14,729 bases of DNA from a virus. Location of the stretch: IMG/VR virus record IMGVR_UViG_3300012227_000062. One strand, 5' to 3'. Positions 14,448 through 14,729 of this stretch are shown here, one piece after another. A model generated the notes under the pieces. It saw nothing but the letters and a program-made list of their open reading frames with translations. It was not told the origin of the DNA and did no database searches. The position numbers were made by a program, and so were the translations under genes. How positions within the stretch are numbered: the first letter of the stretch is position 1; each line of letters begins with the position of its first letter.

Positions 14448-14729
14448 ATGCCGGCCGTCACGAACACCCGCCGCTTCACCGAGAGCTGCGAGCAGGCCCG
14501 CAAGGCGGCCGTTGCAGGGGATGCGGCGCGGGTGCAGCGCGCGATCGGTGAAGCGTGGCGCCTGCTCGAGGAGCTCCGCGTAGAACTGAGGGGGCGCGGC
14601 GAACTCGGTCAGCTCGACGAACTCAGGGAAGAGCTGCGACGCACCGTCAAATCTTGTCAGAGCCATTCGGAGATCAACCATGGCGACGAAACAACCCCTG
14701 CGCGTGATTCATGGCAAGAAAACGCGGAC
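14448..14729 (+). CDS. Hypothetical protein, 3'-partial; the ORF runs off the window end
   Basis: ATG at 14448. The frame is open to 14729 with high GC3 and a coiled-coil-like sequence (EELRVELRGRGELGQLDELREELRR). A competing SD+ATG (GGAGATCAACCATGG, ATG at 14680) in another frame may mark the next gene. Confidence 0.35.
   Translation, partial: MPAVTNTRRFTESCEQARKAAVAGDAARVQRAIGEAWRLLEELRVELRGRGELGQLDELREELRRTVKSCQSHSEINHGDETTPARDSWQENAD

Noticed and set aside
14394-14681. A 95-aa minus-strand ORF
   Set aside because: The plus-strand frame opening at 14448 has the GC3 bias expected for coding sequence, while this one does not.
1-14729. Searched for tRNA/rRNA genes, CRISPR repeats, transposase/integrase genes and IS terminal inverted repeats
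   Set aside because: I found no cloverleaf-compatible segments, no regularly spaced direct repeats with unique spacers, and no DDE or tyrosine-recombinase motifs. The only inverted repeat of note (6471/6580) flanks 80 bp of non-coding DNA, which is too small for an IS.

Overview
This is a high-GC (roughly 65%) bacterial window with no rRNA, tRNA, CRISPR array, transposase or integrase that I can recognise. The Gly/Ser-rich linker after the lipoprotein cysteine is loosely reminiscent of myxobacteria. The window has four blocks. Block 1 (1-7575, + strand) is an unusually compact operon of about 15 small ORFs. Most are joined by 4-nt ATGA/GTGA/TTGA stop-start overlaps. The only recognisable member is a RadC-like JAB/MPN protein; the rest are an HTH-like protein, several Zn-ribbon/Cys-rich proteins, an HExxHxxGxxH-motif protein and a very acidic Cys protein. 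That is the architecture of a phage early region or a conjugative-element leading region that carries anti-defence genes. Block 2 (7793-8862, +) is an ice-binding-like (DUF3494 / IBP-1 fold) lipoprotein followed by a doubtful small Cys ORF. Block 3 (8793-10989, - strand) is a coupled operon: a protein whose C-terminal domain matches the DUF2829 family that includes the Tad2 anti-Thoeris sponge, then a small Zn-finger protein, then a phage-type SF2 DEAH helicase. Block 4 (11051 to the window end, +) is divergently transcribed from block 3 across only about 60 bp. It opens with a full-length major vault protein (MVP) homologue carrying repeat domains, the SPFH-like shoulder and the cap-helix coiled coil. 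Two tightly coupled small ORFs and a partial ORF follow. A 16-bp motif built around GTACGATCGT occurs just upstream of gene 12 in block 1 and again in the divergent Tad2-like/MVP control region, which suggests shared regulation. The prokaryotic MVP locus and its linkage to phage-like anti-defence genes is the most unusual content of the window.
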